Assembly (NCBI GenBank): GCA_009103225.1 | Contig: RHPI01002402.1 | Coordinates: 777,412-841,411, forward strand | Reading direction: 5' to 3' | DNA: 64,000 bases | Origin: Chlorokybus atmophyticus | Lineage: Eukaryota; Plantae; Mesostigma and Chlorokybus algae | Part shown: piece by piece, positions 25,960 to 38,139 of the stretch | How the letters are laid out: each line of letters opens with the position of its first letter | Position numbering within the stretch: the first letter of the stretch is position 1 | Notes under the pieces: model-generated | What the model was told of the DNA's origin: nothing | The model's input: the letters and a program-made list of their open reading frames with translations, nothing else | Database searches by the model: none | Program-made: the position numbers and the translations under genes

Positions 25960-26477
25960 GAGGGTATGGCAGAATCCCCCCCGCCCCCCCCCCCCCTAGC
26001 AAGACGGCAGCAAGCAGTGCGCGTCTCCGTGCGGCGCCCCGCTGCTGCGCAGCGCCGACCGCCAACAGCAGGCTGCGTCGGCGGTCACATAAGAGAATAG
26101 GATAAGCGGTTATGAATTGCTGATCCCTTCTCCTGGCTTAGTCTAGATCAGTGATCTCCAGCTTCCTGGCCCTGGGCATCAGCAGGGGCGTCGGCGCTGC
26201 TCACACGTCGGGGTAGTTGGCGTGAGCACGGGCGCCGGCGTGGGTGTGGGCGTCACAATCCACTTGGGCGAGGACTTAGAAAAGTCTGACGTTTCTCAGA
26301 CAGCTTTTATACTAAATTTGCACTCATGCGCTATTGAGCTTGACTTTGAGGCGCTGCGTGATTGTAGATTGGTGCTTGTACACATGTGATAATGCAGACT
26401 TCGTCTGTTGCAGAACTTGCATGCAGTGTTTGGCCACGTCAATGCACAATTGCGCGTAATTTCAGCACTGTAGATCT

Positions 26478-26911
26478 ATGTAATGTAGTTAAATCCACAT
26501 AAGCGACATTAGTACAACTTAATTACAGCGCCCCTCCCACCCACACCCACCCACACACCCCAATCACAAAGTCTTAATTACAAGGTCTTGATGTAATGTA
26601 GTTAAATCCACATAAACGACATTAGTACAATTTAATTACAGTGCCCCTCCCACCCACCCCCACNTCTTCGGTGTCACTCATATAAAAGAGTAAGTCTTAT
26701 AAATCTGATTTAAAAATAAAGAATTTATTATGATAGAATATTTATCTATATTAATATATCTAATAGTTAGTTTGATTCTCTCCTTAGTAATTTTAGGCCT
26801 TTCTTTCTTTTTAGGCTCGTCGTATAAAGCGGATCCAGAAAAAATATCAGCGTACGAATGTGGTTTTGCCCACCCCCCAATCACGAGGTCTTAATCACAA
26901 GGTTTTGATTA
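26478..26911. repeat. 113-bp tandem repeat whose second copy is interrupted by the nad3 fragment
   Basis: atgtaatgtagttaaatccacataa.. starts at 26478 and 26591. Copy 2 breaks at the N at 26664 and resumes (cccaccccccaatcac..gtcttaat.acaagg) at 26869. Confidence 0.85.
26665..26868 (+). pseudogene. nad3: Mitochondrial DNA fragment (NUMT or assembly fill) with the first 46 codons of nad3
   Basis: ATG at 26730 gives MIEYLSILIYLIVSLILSLVILGLSFFLGSSYKADPEKISAYECGF, containing the ND3 signature PEKxSAYECGF. Very AT-rich and truncated right after the motif. Confidence 0.9.
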
Positions 26912-26940
26912 CAAGTTAGTCACAGCGCACACACAAACAC

Positions 26941-27114
26941 GATTGTTACAAGTTAGTAACACACACATGCTCACGCATGCGCATGCACGCACGCACGCAC
27001 ATGCACACACACACACACACACACACGTCACACATTTTGGAAACAGCAATAGCCACACATACGGTTGTTATAAGCTAGTAACACACACGCACGCGCACGC
27101 ATGCGCATGCGCAT

Positions 27115-27158
<44 letters not shown>

Positions 27159-27186
27159 TTTGGTAACAGCAACAGCCACCTATACG
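26941..27186. repeat. ~122-bp tandem duplication containing (CA)n/(CG-CA) microsatellite
   Basis: gtta.aag.tagtaacacacac...cacattttgg.aacagcaa.agccac occurs twice. Confidence 0.8.
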
Positions 27187-27739
27187 CCAGAAGTCAGCAA
27201 AAACGCACACGCATGCACACGTTAATGACCTTAGCCCTCACCCCACCCCACCCCATCTACACGAGTGTGGGTGACAACATCATCATTCGTAGCTGCACAC
27301 ACGAGTCAGCACACACGCTATCAAAACCCCCCCACACGTTAGCAACAGCAACAGACAAGTCAATAACACAGGCAAACAACGTGTTAAGACATAAGCATTG
27401 ACTTGGGCAAACACATCTTGCAACAAGCGCATTCACAGCACACTACAATATTATAGGAATATTAGTCACCCATGCACTCAAGGTTATATATATCAGCAAC
27501 ACACGCGCACAAGTCAGCCACATCATCAACCTTAACCCAAAGCAGCAACACACAGTAGTCAGTAATAGCAGTCACATGCACATACAGCAAGTCAGTAAAC
27601 ACAAGACTCTTTAATTGAAACAGCAGCACACAAGTCAATTGTAGCAGCAACACATGAGTGTCAATGCGCGGTGTCGCTGAGGTAGCAAGTGTGCTGCCTG
27701 TGTTAGTGTCCGAGGTTAGACAAGGTTGACCTGTGCTGA

Positions 27740-28200
27740 CAGGTCAGCGCATGGGTGGCAAGGTCTTGTTGCCCTTGGACATCCTATGTGCAAGGCCTGG
27801 GTCGGAGAGCAGCTCGTAGTATAAATGCATGACTACCACCGTAGTAGGTGATCATCTGGTGAAATGAGTTGCTGGCCTTGCAAAAACTACTTGTGTGTGG
27901 GGTGCATGTCTAAAGGTGTTGAAGGAGCTATTCCCCCTATTCTCTTGTGGGTGTGGTGATAACTTAAGACTGTTGCAAGGTGTGTGGTAAAGCTCATGTG
28001 CTTGTGCAGAAGCTTGTGACCCTCACGAGCAGGTAAATGAGGGGCAAATGTGGCGCAATTGTTGCACACTGGTGCACACACGGCTCTACTTTCAAGGTCC
28101 ATGCATGGTCCTTCCACTGACCCCGCGCGCCATACATGGTCCGTTCCTCGAGGACCACCTGTGCCTGGTCCCCGGGGGACGGACTGTCCATGGTCATTTC
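27740..28200 (-). pseudogene. Frameshifted coding remnant, probably TE-derived
   Basis: Frames EERTMYGARGQWKDHAWTLK / VCAPVCNNCATFAPHLPAREGHK..HPTHK*FLQGQQLISPDDHLL / MHLYYELLSDPGLAHRM are linked by frameshifts. Confidence 0.3.
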
Positions 28201-28329
28201 GGGGCGCCGTTACCTACCCTCCAACATACGCTCAGTACCGGGCCACTTAGCTGAAAGAGAGGTAACTCTTGTGCTGTCGGCTGTCAATAAAATCCACAAT
28301 TCTCACTGGTTTGCTTAGCGATTGCCTCC

Positions 28330-28868
28330 CTAGCTGTGTACTGGCTTCACACATGCTACCTGCTAACTCTAAATTTTTTGACAGGGGTGCGGACGGGTTT
28401 GCTGAGGATCAAGTTATTGACATTTTCAACAATGCAGGCGTCGCCACCATCATGTCCATATGCCAGTTAGAACAACCAATATGGACGTACAATGTCTGTG
28501 TTAACCACGGGATGCTAGTGAGAAGCGAGGATGGCAACCTTGGCATTCGCCAACCTATGCAAGAAAGGACACTGCGCTATGATTTGCTGGCCAGCAGCTG
28601 CCACAATGGGCATTCTCTGAAGGTACGTTGCATGCTGTAGCTATGCACATGCTCCTGCTGTTACAATATGGTGGAGCATAAGCAATCCTTGTGTGTTGAA
28701 CAATTTAACATGCAGGACAAGGAGATGGAGTGGCCTATGATGTTCTTGGCCGGCTATTTATGCGAGGCCTGCGGCAACAATGATCGCATCATGATGCCCA
28801 GTTGCATCAAGGACATACTGCCTACAACCGCAGCTCGGCGCAGCACAGACACAGACAGAGGTCCGTAA
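28330..28868 (+). CDS. Spliced ORF fragment of unknown function inside the TE-rich block
   Basis: Exon ending RYDLLASSCHNGHSLK (donor gtacgt at 28623) joins in phase 0 to DKEMEWPMMFLAGYLCEACGNND (acceptor at 28715). No clear start codon. Confidence 0.35.
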
Positions 28869-30120
28869 GAGCTGTTGTTAGCGCACGGCATAACTTATTG
28901 GCACACGTTTATGCACACATTCACAACAGCACACATACCATCTCTTACAACAATACGCACTGTCTCCAACAATATGTTGCTCTCTTGCAGACACGGTCAG
29001 TTACACACACACGTTCACACTATGCTTGTATGGCGTTGCGTTACACCGCGCGCTTGTGGTCCCCCTCACAGTTACTTGACAGTCGCAGGCTGTCACCATA
29101 TTGACGAGTATATGTCATGTGTCCCTTTCGCAGTCACTTTACAGTTGCAAGGTGTCCCATACACACGATCGCCAATGCACTTTGTTTACAAATGTATGAC
29201 ATGTGCAGGCTGCTGGAGCCATTTCCAACTGTGAAGATCAAACAGTTGCAATGAACTTGGATTTTGCAGCTGCGATCGTTTGCGACACCAAACAAAACGC
29301 CCCCAGAGAGCAGGTGATGGACGTGTATCAATACTATCATCACATTATTTTCGTGATATATAAGAATAACAATCATAATCATATGCGCATGTAAGCAAGC
29401 AACATGCAGTCCGAATTTGATTGTTTTTGGGAGTTTAATTGTAATTAGTATACATGATCAGTAAGTCGCACATGCAGCCATTTGATACCGATGCAAAGAC
29501 TACAGGTAGGTTGCACATAAGCAGGAATCAAACATAAGCCAATTAGATAAAGATGCAAGGAATGGCGGGTGCGCGCCCGCACACCGGCGAGCGTTGCGGT
29601 CCCGCGCGACGCTCGTCTCGGTGTGCGCAGCGCGCGACTCCGGACGGGCTCGGGTGCAGCGTCTCGGAGGTTAGGGTAAATACGGTAACACTCCCCACTG
29701 AGGGGCTCCTGGCTGTGATCGACGATGCATTATGCATTATGCACCGTAATAATTATCTGCGGACGTGTCATTGTCAATAACGGTGCAGGCTGATTCGCAG
29801 ACTTTGCAGACTTTCCGCGTCGTTGCCCCGCAGCACATAGCCCTGCAAAAGTTCGCGTGGGCGTGCCGTGATGCATCGACGGACCGTAGCAGCACCGTGC
29901 TGCACGGTCCGTGCTGCTGGCCTACTGCCTAGGGTTCCAGCATGCACGCAGTCTGTTGCTGTCATTGACTGTGCATTGCCGTGTTGGTCACATTGGCGAG
30001 AGCGGCGGCGGCGGCGACGGCGGCGGGCGCAGGGGACGAGGAGGAGAAGGAGGAGGAGGAGGACGAGTATGAGTGAAAGGCGAACTTGAAGAACGCTTGT
30101 TCTGATGGGCCGCGGCTGCT

Positions 30121-32596
30121 ATGGCTGCGAAGCGAGGCCTCGTTAGCTCTGCGTTCCCCAGCCCGCATGGGAACGCTGCTGCCGCAGCAGCTGGTGAACC
30201 CAGCGGAGGCGTCGTGAACAGGCAAGCCTCTTAATTGTATCATAGTAGCGCAAGGGACTTTTGATTGGGCAACCATGTGCTAGCAGGCTGGCAAGGCGTA
30301 CCAGACATGCGTGAATGTGAACGCTTTGCACATTGTTGGTCTTAAAGCCAGCCGCTCAGTTGCTGGTGACGAAACAAGTGAACATTTGGAGGCGTGCATT
30401 GGCTTGTCGTGTGCATGCGTTGCTTGAGTTTGCCACAATAGTTGTATCCGTTAAAGTCAGCATTGGCACTATTACTATTAACTCGTTGTTGTTGAGAGGA
30501 TTAGAGTGCGTGTTGCTGGTTACCCCTTGCTGCAGTCAGCTAAGTTAGCGACTGTCAATCACAGCTTTCTCACGTACCGCCTTGAGTAACAGTAACATGC
30601 TGTAACAACCTCCCACTGCGGCGGCAGCATCGGCAACAACAGCAAGCGCAAGGCTGAGGATGAGTTTGCAGCAGGAGCCAGCAGTTCGCGCGCAAAGCAA
30701 CAGCGCCCAAGCAGCAACAGCAACTCCGACAATATCAACAACAGCAATAACAACAACACCGCTGCAAACAATGACGACAATGATGGCGACTCCGAGGACA
30801 GCGGCAGTAACAACAGCGAGGTGCCGGCAAGCCGCGCTGGCAGTGGAGACGGCCGCAACAGTGATTCGATGGAGAGTGACGATGAGACGGCCGGCGTGGA
30901 CGTGCTCACGCGCAAGCAGCTGCTCCAGCGGAGGCTGGGGCGTCTCAACCAGCTGATGGGACTGTACAAAATCTCCTACTGGGCACTGCTGGAAGAGATG
31001 AAGTCAAAGTACCGTAGGTTCTACATGCGGCACGGGCGCGGCGGATGGAAGCAACAGCAGGAGGAGTCTACGGATTTGATTACTTCGGGTAACGTTGCAA
31101 TTGAGTCAAGTAGTGGTAAACTCACTGAATGCGCGGCACCGGACTGCACAGCCAAGCCCATGGCGCTTACTTCCCACTGCTTTGCACACATTCTGCTCGA
31201 CACTAAACAGCACCTGTACAAGCCTTGCAACTTCCTGGTGCGCACCAACGCAGTTGTGGCACCTTGCGGTCGTCCGGCGCTGTGTGCAGCGATGCCTGTG
31301 CTGTGCTCCGTGCACGCGCCAGTGCCGCGTCATGTACCACGTGTGACCAAACGAGCCGCACTGTCTGGCGCCATGACTGTCAGTGGCCAGAGGCCTATGC
31401 CGAGACTGCCGCTGGTGATTGGCGAGTACGTAAGGCTCATACAAGAGCGACGGAAGCAGCTCAAAGCGATTGAGGCGCAGAGTAGAGCTGGACCAGGCGG
31501 CACTGCTCCCGGTGGCGGCTCCATTGCCAGCACAGGGGTGTACTTACAGCCAACAGCAAAGCAGCTGCAGCAGCAACAGCAGCAAAGACTGCAGCAGCAA
31601 CTGAATGCGAAGCCTGAGGCAGGGACTGTACAGCAGCGGCAAATGGTGCAGCAGCGTCCTCAGCTGGTGCCTCAAAGACAGACACAGCAGCCTCTTCAGC
31701 CGCCTCAGCGTCCCATGGGGCAAGCATCACCCCAGAACTTCCCTACTCCACCCCTTCCGCGCGCCGTGCCCGTTTCTCCTCCCCTCCCCCGTGCCATGCC
31801 CGTGCGCCCACAGCCACCCGGTGCAGGCGCCGGCCGCGGCGCTCCACTGCAAAGGCCGGCAGGGCAAGTCCCTCGTCAGGGCGGAGGCCCGCCAGTGGTG
31901 CAGAAGCAGATGCCGCTGCCACCTCCTCAAGCGCGCGCCGCAGGAGCTGGGGCAGCACCGCGCATGCCAGCTGGAGCAGCACCGCGGCCTGCCGCCACCA
32001 TACCTGGCCGACAGCAAACTGCGAGTGCGATGGTGCCTCCGCGCCCGGCAATTAGGCCAGGGGGCTTGCCAGCGAAGCCCGTCACGCAGGCTCAAACAGC
32101 TGCCAACACTGGTACAGCTGGCTCAAAGCCTGCCCCAAAGCCGCTTGCAGCAACCATCAGGCCGGCGCAGCCGGTGCAGATGCGCCAAGGGATGCCGGTG
32201 TCTCCTGTGGGTGCCTCGCAGCCTGCTCACAAGCCGCAATCTAGTGCACAAGCAACAGCAACGTCACCTGTTGCGACAACTTCAGCCGCAACTCCACCAG
32301 CCGCAACAGCAGGTAATGGAACCAGCACTTCATCACCAGCATCGGAACGAGTTGCTTCACATGCTGCTGCGGCTCCCGCAACAGCCGCAGCAGCAACTTC
32401 AGCACAGGTCTCAGCTGTGGCTCCTTCTGCTGCTAAACCAAGTCAAGTAGCAACCACAGTAGCCTCCTCCTCCTCACCACCAGCAGCATCTGCTCCATCA
32501 GGACCAGCCGCTTCAACACCAGCCAAAGCGGCCTCCGAGGCAATGGCCTCAGCCGATGGAACTGAACCGTCCACATCGTCTGGCCAAGATTCGTAG
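30121..32596 (+). CDS. KANSL2/INO80D-like protein (C3H-C3H zinc finger) with a long Gln/Pro/Ala-rich tail
   Basis: VLTRKQLLQRR..YWALLEEMKSKY..CAAPDCTAKPMALTSHCFAHILLDTKQHLYKPC..PCGRP..PVLCSVH matches the plant KANSL2/INO80D pattern. The first exon (ATG 30121, GC donor at about 30222) and its acceptor are tentative. Confidence 0.85.
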
Positions 32597-33221
32597 CACT
32601 TGTTACAGGCAGCGGGTGTCTGTAGGTGGTTGGCTTTAGTTATTGGTAAGGGATGTTTGTAATCATATTTTTTTTCCCTTTCATTGTGATCAGATGCATG
32701 CAATAATGTGCCTGTGTGCTCAGGTTGGTTGCTGGTTTGCTTCTCGCTGCTTACTACTGCATCCTACTGCCCCGCCCCGCCTAGAGCACATAGTTGGCAA
32801 GCCCCTGCCATAATTGAACTGCTGCTTGTCTCTGTTTCTGGTCTGCTTGCTACTTGCGGTGCTGTTTGTTTTGTTTTGGTTAACTGCGTTGCTCTATGAC
32901 TTATGCCTTATGCGAGCGAGGCGCCAGTAACCATGCAAAATGAGTGGCTTGGGGCACAGGGCGTGAGCGCCCAACCCCACCACCCAACCCCACCACCAGC
33001 ACCACCGAATTGCCAATCACACCAATCTACCAGCAGAACAGCTCCCACCCGAACGGCCCTGCGCGTATAGTGCTGACGTAGTCAGCACACAACGAGGGTT
33101 AGGGTAGAACGGCAGCCAGGGCCGCAGCATGAGCGGCGAGATGCAGAGAGTGGCGGGTAAGAGGGAGAGAGGGAAGGAGTCGTCGTCACTGTGATTGCCA
33201 TGCTGCCCGTTGACACCAGCG

Positions 33222-33624
33222 ACTAACACCAGCCCGTGTGGGCAGGTAATGATAAACGTGTGCATGTACATGCATGTCTAACGGGGAAGGCTAGTAGCTA
33301 GTAGTTTAGTGCAGTAGATTAGCCCGGTGGTGACAACGGTGACATGTATACTAGTGTGCATGTAATGCTTGAGTGATTGTGATGCATTGCATGCGTGTGC
33401 CTACTGACACGTCATATATCCTGTACACTAACAGCAGCCCGCATGGGCAGGTAATGACAAACGTGTGCATGACGGGGAAGGCTAGTAGCTGGTAGTTGAG
33501 GGTTGAGGGCAGTAGATTAGCCCAGTGGTGACAACGGTGAATTGTATACTAGTGTGCATGTAATGCTGGAGTGGTTGTGGTGCATTGCATGCGCGTGCCT
33601 AATAGCACGTCATATATCCTGTAC
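33222..33624. repeat. ~200-bp diverged tandem duplication
   Basis: actaaca.cagcccg..gggcaggtaatga.aaacgtgtgcatg...cacgtcatatatcctgtac starts at 33222 and 33427. Confidence 0.9.
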
Positions 33625-34360
33625 ACCTGTACATGCAACAGCGTCTGTTGGACAAGTTGTGGTAAGTTTACTGCGAGTGACTGCGGCGGCTGTGCTAGCG
33701 GGTATGGGCCGCATGCGCAGTCTAAGCACCTAAGGTAATGTCGGCAGGGCATTGTCACAACAGGCGAATGGTGAAGCACATTGCCACCGAATGAGGCCAC
33801 TCAAGATTCAATTCAGTTGCATGGCCCTGCAAAACATTTGCTGCAAGGTCGTTTGTGGCATATGTTTAGTGGATACCTGCATCAAGGTGGCATGAAAATG
33901 GCTGAATGCATTCAAAGCAGGTTAATGCAGACCAGTATTTCCTTCTCATCGTTATTCAAATGCATCTGATAGGCTTTGCTGGAAACTACTGATGTACTTG
34001 CTGTAGCCCCAGGCTGGCAGTATTCGGATGCGTTCACTCCGCTGGCTGTGGTATAATACCGCATGCGTATACAACCTCATGGTGGTCAGGAGCATACCAT
34101 ACATCATTACCTCATGCTACGTGCAGTGTACGACTTATTATTAACATCTGGACTGCGAGTGTCGCTAGACAGATAGGTACACAAGCGTGACCAGCAGTGA
34201 CGGTGCACCAATTACAACAACTGCTCAGATGTCCTTCAACATTGAGCTGTACGGAACATCTCTGGAAGACAGCATCCCCACTCCAAGCAACCTGGATGAG
34301 GGCACACTGGCAGATTATTGTCATGCTGCATGGGGACAATAGTCGTCGCAATAATGGTGG

Positions 34361-36571
34361 TCAACGATCGTTGGCCGTGCGACCGCCCTCCAGCGTGCGC
34401 TTCAGGTCATGCAGCTGCAGTGCGGTGTCCTGGTCCAGACTGTCTTGCACGCGCAAACCCTTCTTGGACCATCTCCTGCAAACCCAAACTTGCATGTCTT
34501 ACATGCAAATGTACATGAACTGCAACCACTCAACCAAACAACAAGGTCGCATGCATACCCAGGCCCCTGTAGCTTCTCCTCCGCTTCTCTCTTTGCTCTG
34601 TTGATCTGCGGCATGCTTGAGTAAGCTTCAAAAGCAAACCAGCTGCAGTGGCAAAGAACAGACCAATTAATGACAACTGACCTCTTGAACCAACAAGCGA
34701 CAAGGCCAGATGTTTGCACCCTGCAGGCAGACAAGTATTGCGGTAAACGAGTGGCCAGATGGTGTTAGCATGGTTGGCACAGAGGCACGCAAACTATTAC
34801 AAGAGATACGCAAGCAACGACGCACCCTAGCCTCAGCCGTCTTTTGAAGGGTGCCATCAGACGTTGCGACTGTGAACCTGTTAAAGCCTTTGTCCCGGAG
34901 CTTCAATGTCTATATAAACGGTAACAAGAAATGAACCACATGGGCAACAACCAGGCTTAGCACTGATAGAATTTGAGACATGGTGAGTTGGATGCATTTG
35001 CAGCATCTCTTACAGGCTGCTGAGTTGTACATTGCCGACCATCAACTAACCTCAGCTTCTATCCAGGTGTCTGCGCATTCCGCTGACGAGTACACAATGT
35101 CAACCCTGCATTATGCCACAAGGACAGAAAACTTCAGCAACTTCATGATCAACCGACCACCGCAATGTGTGTCCATGTGCGCATGCATGCGCATGCATGT
35201 GTGCGAGCGCGAATGCGTGCATGCCCGTGCATGTGATCGCATGTATGCGCATGTTCAGCAGCAGCAGCAAGGATTACCCATGAGGTGAAACCTCTAGGTT
35301 ATCTCCAACTGGCGAATTTCCAGCATCGAAAACTACTACTACCTGCATTCCTGCAAGATAAAGAAGACACGTCTACAACTCGACATTTGAAGTACCTGAC
35401 AAATACCTGTAACTAAAACTGCTGTGTGCTTGCACAACCGCATCACTTTTCATACCATTCGAGTTAACAATGACAACTGAGGCCTGCTACCGCACCTCGT
35501 AAACTGGCATACTCGCCGAGGTCATGCACGAGCAGGGTGCGCGCTCCGTCCAGATCGCCGCGCTCCATCCTTTTTTTCAGCCTTGGCCAAAACATGCACA
35601 CGTTGTACCCATCCACCAGCAAGACATGATACCATTGCAGCTTGCCAGTGCTCAAAGCCTCCTCCTCAAGCGTGCCGTTGCTGCACGCATCCAGTGCATG
35701 TTGGGTCCAATTGCCATGGAAAATCTAACTTGATTTCTGTTTGCGTTATGGGCTCACCTGTCTTCGTCCGTGTTGTCGGCTTTCTTTTTGCGCCTGTAAG
35801 AAGTCGCTGCCTTCGGGCCCGCTCGCGCTGCTGCTTTGGCAGTTTCAATCTCCTGAACATTGCGATGCAAGCACATTCATCTTGACCATTTGCCATGGGT
35901 GGCATGAGCAAGTGCGACGCATGGCGGGCAGATGATCGCTGCGGTAGCTCAGAAAATAGCAAACACTGGAGCAGCCAACACTAGCTTACCTTTATTAACT
36001 TGATGTAACGCAGCTGGTGCTTCAGAGGCAGATGCGTTACTACGCGGGGAGGGGCGCCATTCTCGTCCTGTTATTGACAAGCGACTAATTTCGTAAAGGG
36101 TGGCGCGGCATTGGCAACTGCAATGTACATGCATCATTGTAGAATGTGCATTGCATGCGTGCATGTGAGAGTCCATAGCGCTACACTGTTGCTGCTTGCA
36201 CCACCAGCACAGTGATGTTGTTGTCGTGGATAACTGCTTACACACTCAGGATGTTGTGCACGTAGACACACGTCCACACACCAGGTTAACGGACATGGAA
36301 AGCACTCTAAGGGAAATCCATTCTAGAAACAGTGAACCAAAACTGCTCGCGTTAACAAACAACCTCGCTGCTTCACCTTTGCGCCACTGTCACCGCCGCT
36401 TTTCTTGGCCATACATCGCGCATGCGAGCGCTGCTCTCGCCTAACCCTCCCAAGCTGCTGCTGCTGCTGCTTCCGGCTGCTCCGCCCACAGCTTTGGTCC
36501 AGACCCTCCCTGCCGCACTTCCAGCTCCCTCCAGCGGCAGCGGCGGCGAGGTCACCGCCCAGCAGCTGCAT
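34361..36571 (-). CDS. YacP/Rae1-like NYN-domain RNase, probably organelle-targeted; start uncertain
   Basis: In-phase exons give ATSYRRKKK, VLLVDGYNV, GDLDGARTLLVHDL, QVVVVFDA, VDIVYSSAECADTWIE, TVATSD and GANIW; ends TANDR* at 34361. Confidence 0.85.
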
Positions 36572-36969
36572 GCAGGGGAGAGCGGGGAAGGGAGAGTCCA
36601 CTGCCCCTCACCCGCCTCGTACCCTTACAGACAAGGACGCAACCATTACCCCATGCTCGCAAAGTCAAGCTACAACAGGAAAGGACGCTGACATCTGATC
36701 CTCCCTGCCACCACCACCACCGCCTCGGTCGCCGCCGCCGCCACCACCACCGCCTCCTTCGCCGCTTCAATTGCAATGCGGAACACAGCTGAGATCTGGC
36801 ATGTGAGGTGGATGGGTGGTAACGTTCGTTGTGACGTGTAGCCTCCTCGTAACAGACGTCGCGAGATGCCCTGTGGCACGCTCACGTGGCTGATAGGTTC
36901 AAGCTAACGTAACTTAGGATTGGGTACTCAACTCACTCAAGGGGTTGTCTCTGCTTCCGACAGTGTGTG

Positions 36970-37007
<38 letters not shown>

Positions 37008-38139
37008 ATGGACGGCGTGCGCGGGCTCTTTTCAGCTGAGGTTGGCTTTGACTGGCTGCCTGACGGTACAATGCACGTGTGGAAGTCACCAAGGGTAGCT
37101 GACCACGGCTGAGCAGGGCGACGATTGCGACGACGGTGATGACGCGGTTGCATTCAGCGTGAGGGAGTTTTACTTCCCGTCTCTCAACCGCACTCTCCGC
37201 GCCCGCTGCACGGTTCGGCAAGCATCAGACCATATTCTCAACGTGTTGCAAAGAATGCACGCAATCCACATGCACAGTCCTGCATGCAAGAGCGCAACCG
37301 TAGCACTGCATTGCCGTGCAGTTTGCGTGCAAGTGACTGTGGAGTGGAGCACTGTTTGACTGCTGCTTGATTACTTGCTTGCACACACCCTTGCTGCAAT
37401 GCTCCGCAATGCATTGCGGACGACAACAAGCACAGCAGTCGTGGCAATGTCTCAGCAGCAGCACAGTGCTTGGGTGTAAGGCTTGCTGGCATGTTGATGC
37501 AGCGCGCGCGCACACACAACCACCACACAGGGCATGCACATGGGGAGCACGACAGCGGGAGACGTGTGGGGCGGTGGCAGGGCTCTGGCGGAGCACATCG
37601 CTGCAGAGGTGCCCTGCGACGGGAAGGTCGTGCTCGAGCTCGGCGCGGGCGTGGGCCTTCCCAGCCTCGCGGCCGCGGCCAAGGGCGCCGCCAAGCTCTT
37701 CCTCACAGACTACCCCGACGCCACCACTCTGGCGGCTCTGCGCACAAACGTGGGCTTGAATTTTGGCCATGACGACAACAGGTTTGTTGTGGCCGCGCAC
37801 GAGTGGGGGAGCGAGCTCACTGGCACGGCGGAGCTTGATGAAGCTGCTGGCAGCTGTGATGTTGTGCTCATGGCGGACATAGTGTATGATGAGAGGGCGC
37901 ATGGAGCCGTGCTGGCCAGCTGCTGCAAAGCGCTGGCTCCCGCTGGCACGGCTTTCTGCGCCGTGTCTCTGGAGTGTCAACCAGCAGAGTACGTCACTCG
38001 CTTCGTCCGCATGGCAGAGCAGGCATTTGGACTCGTCTCTTGTAGCCAACAACAACAGCAACAACGCCAACAACGAGAACAATGTCAAGAGTTCCAATAC
38101 CAAACAGCATTGTATAACTTTCGTTGGCAGATGTCATGA
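37008..38139 (+). CDS. Family-16 (METTL21/EFM7-like) protein N-methyltransferase
   Basis: Exons MDGVRGLFSAE / LTTAEQG..RTLRARCT / 37531-38139. Motifs VWGGGRALAEH, VLELGAGVGLPS, LTDYPD, HEWG and MADIVY. Confidence 0.85.

Noticed and set aside
26478-27186. Direct repeats as a CRISPR-like array
   Set aside because: Only two long copies each, no unique spacers, eukaryotic context.
30069-30089. Six-codon uORF (MSERRT*) before the KANSL2-like start
   Set aside because: TSS unknown and such short uORFs are common by chance; no further support.
31605-32450. 281-aa alternative-frame ORF and antisense ORFs within the KANSL2-like gene
   Set aside because: Expected by-products of GC-rich low-complexity coding sequence; no recognisable motifs.
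29665-33105. TTAGGG motifs at about 29671 and 33099
   Set aside because: Single hexamers, not telomeric arrays.
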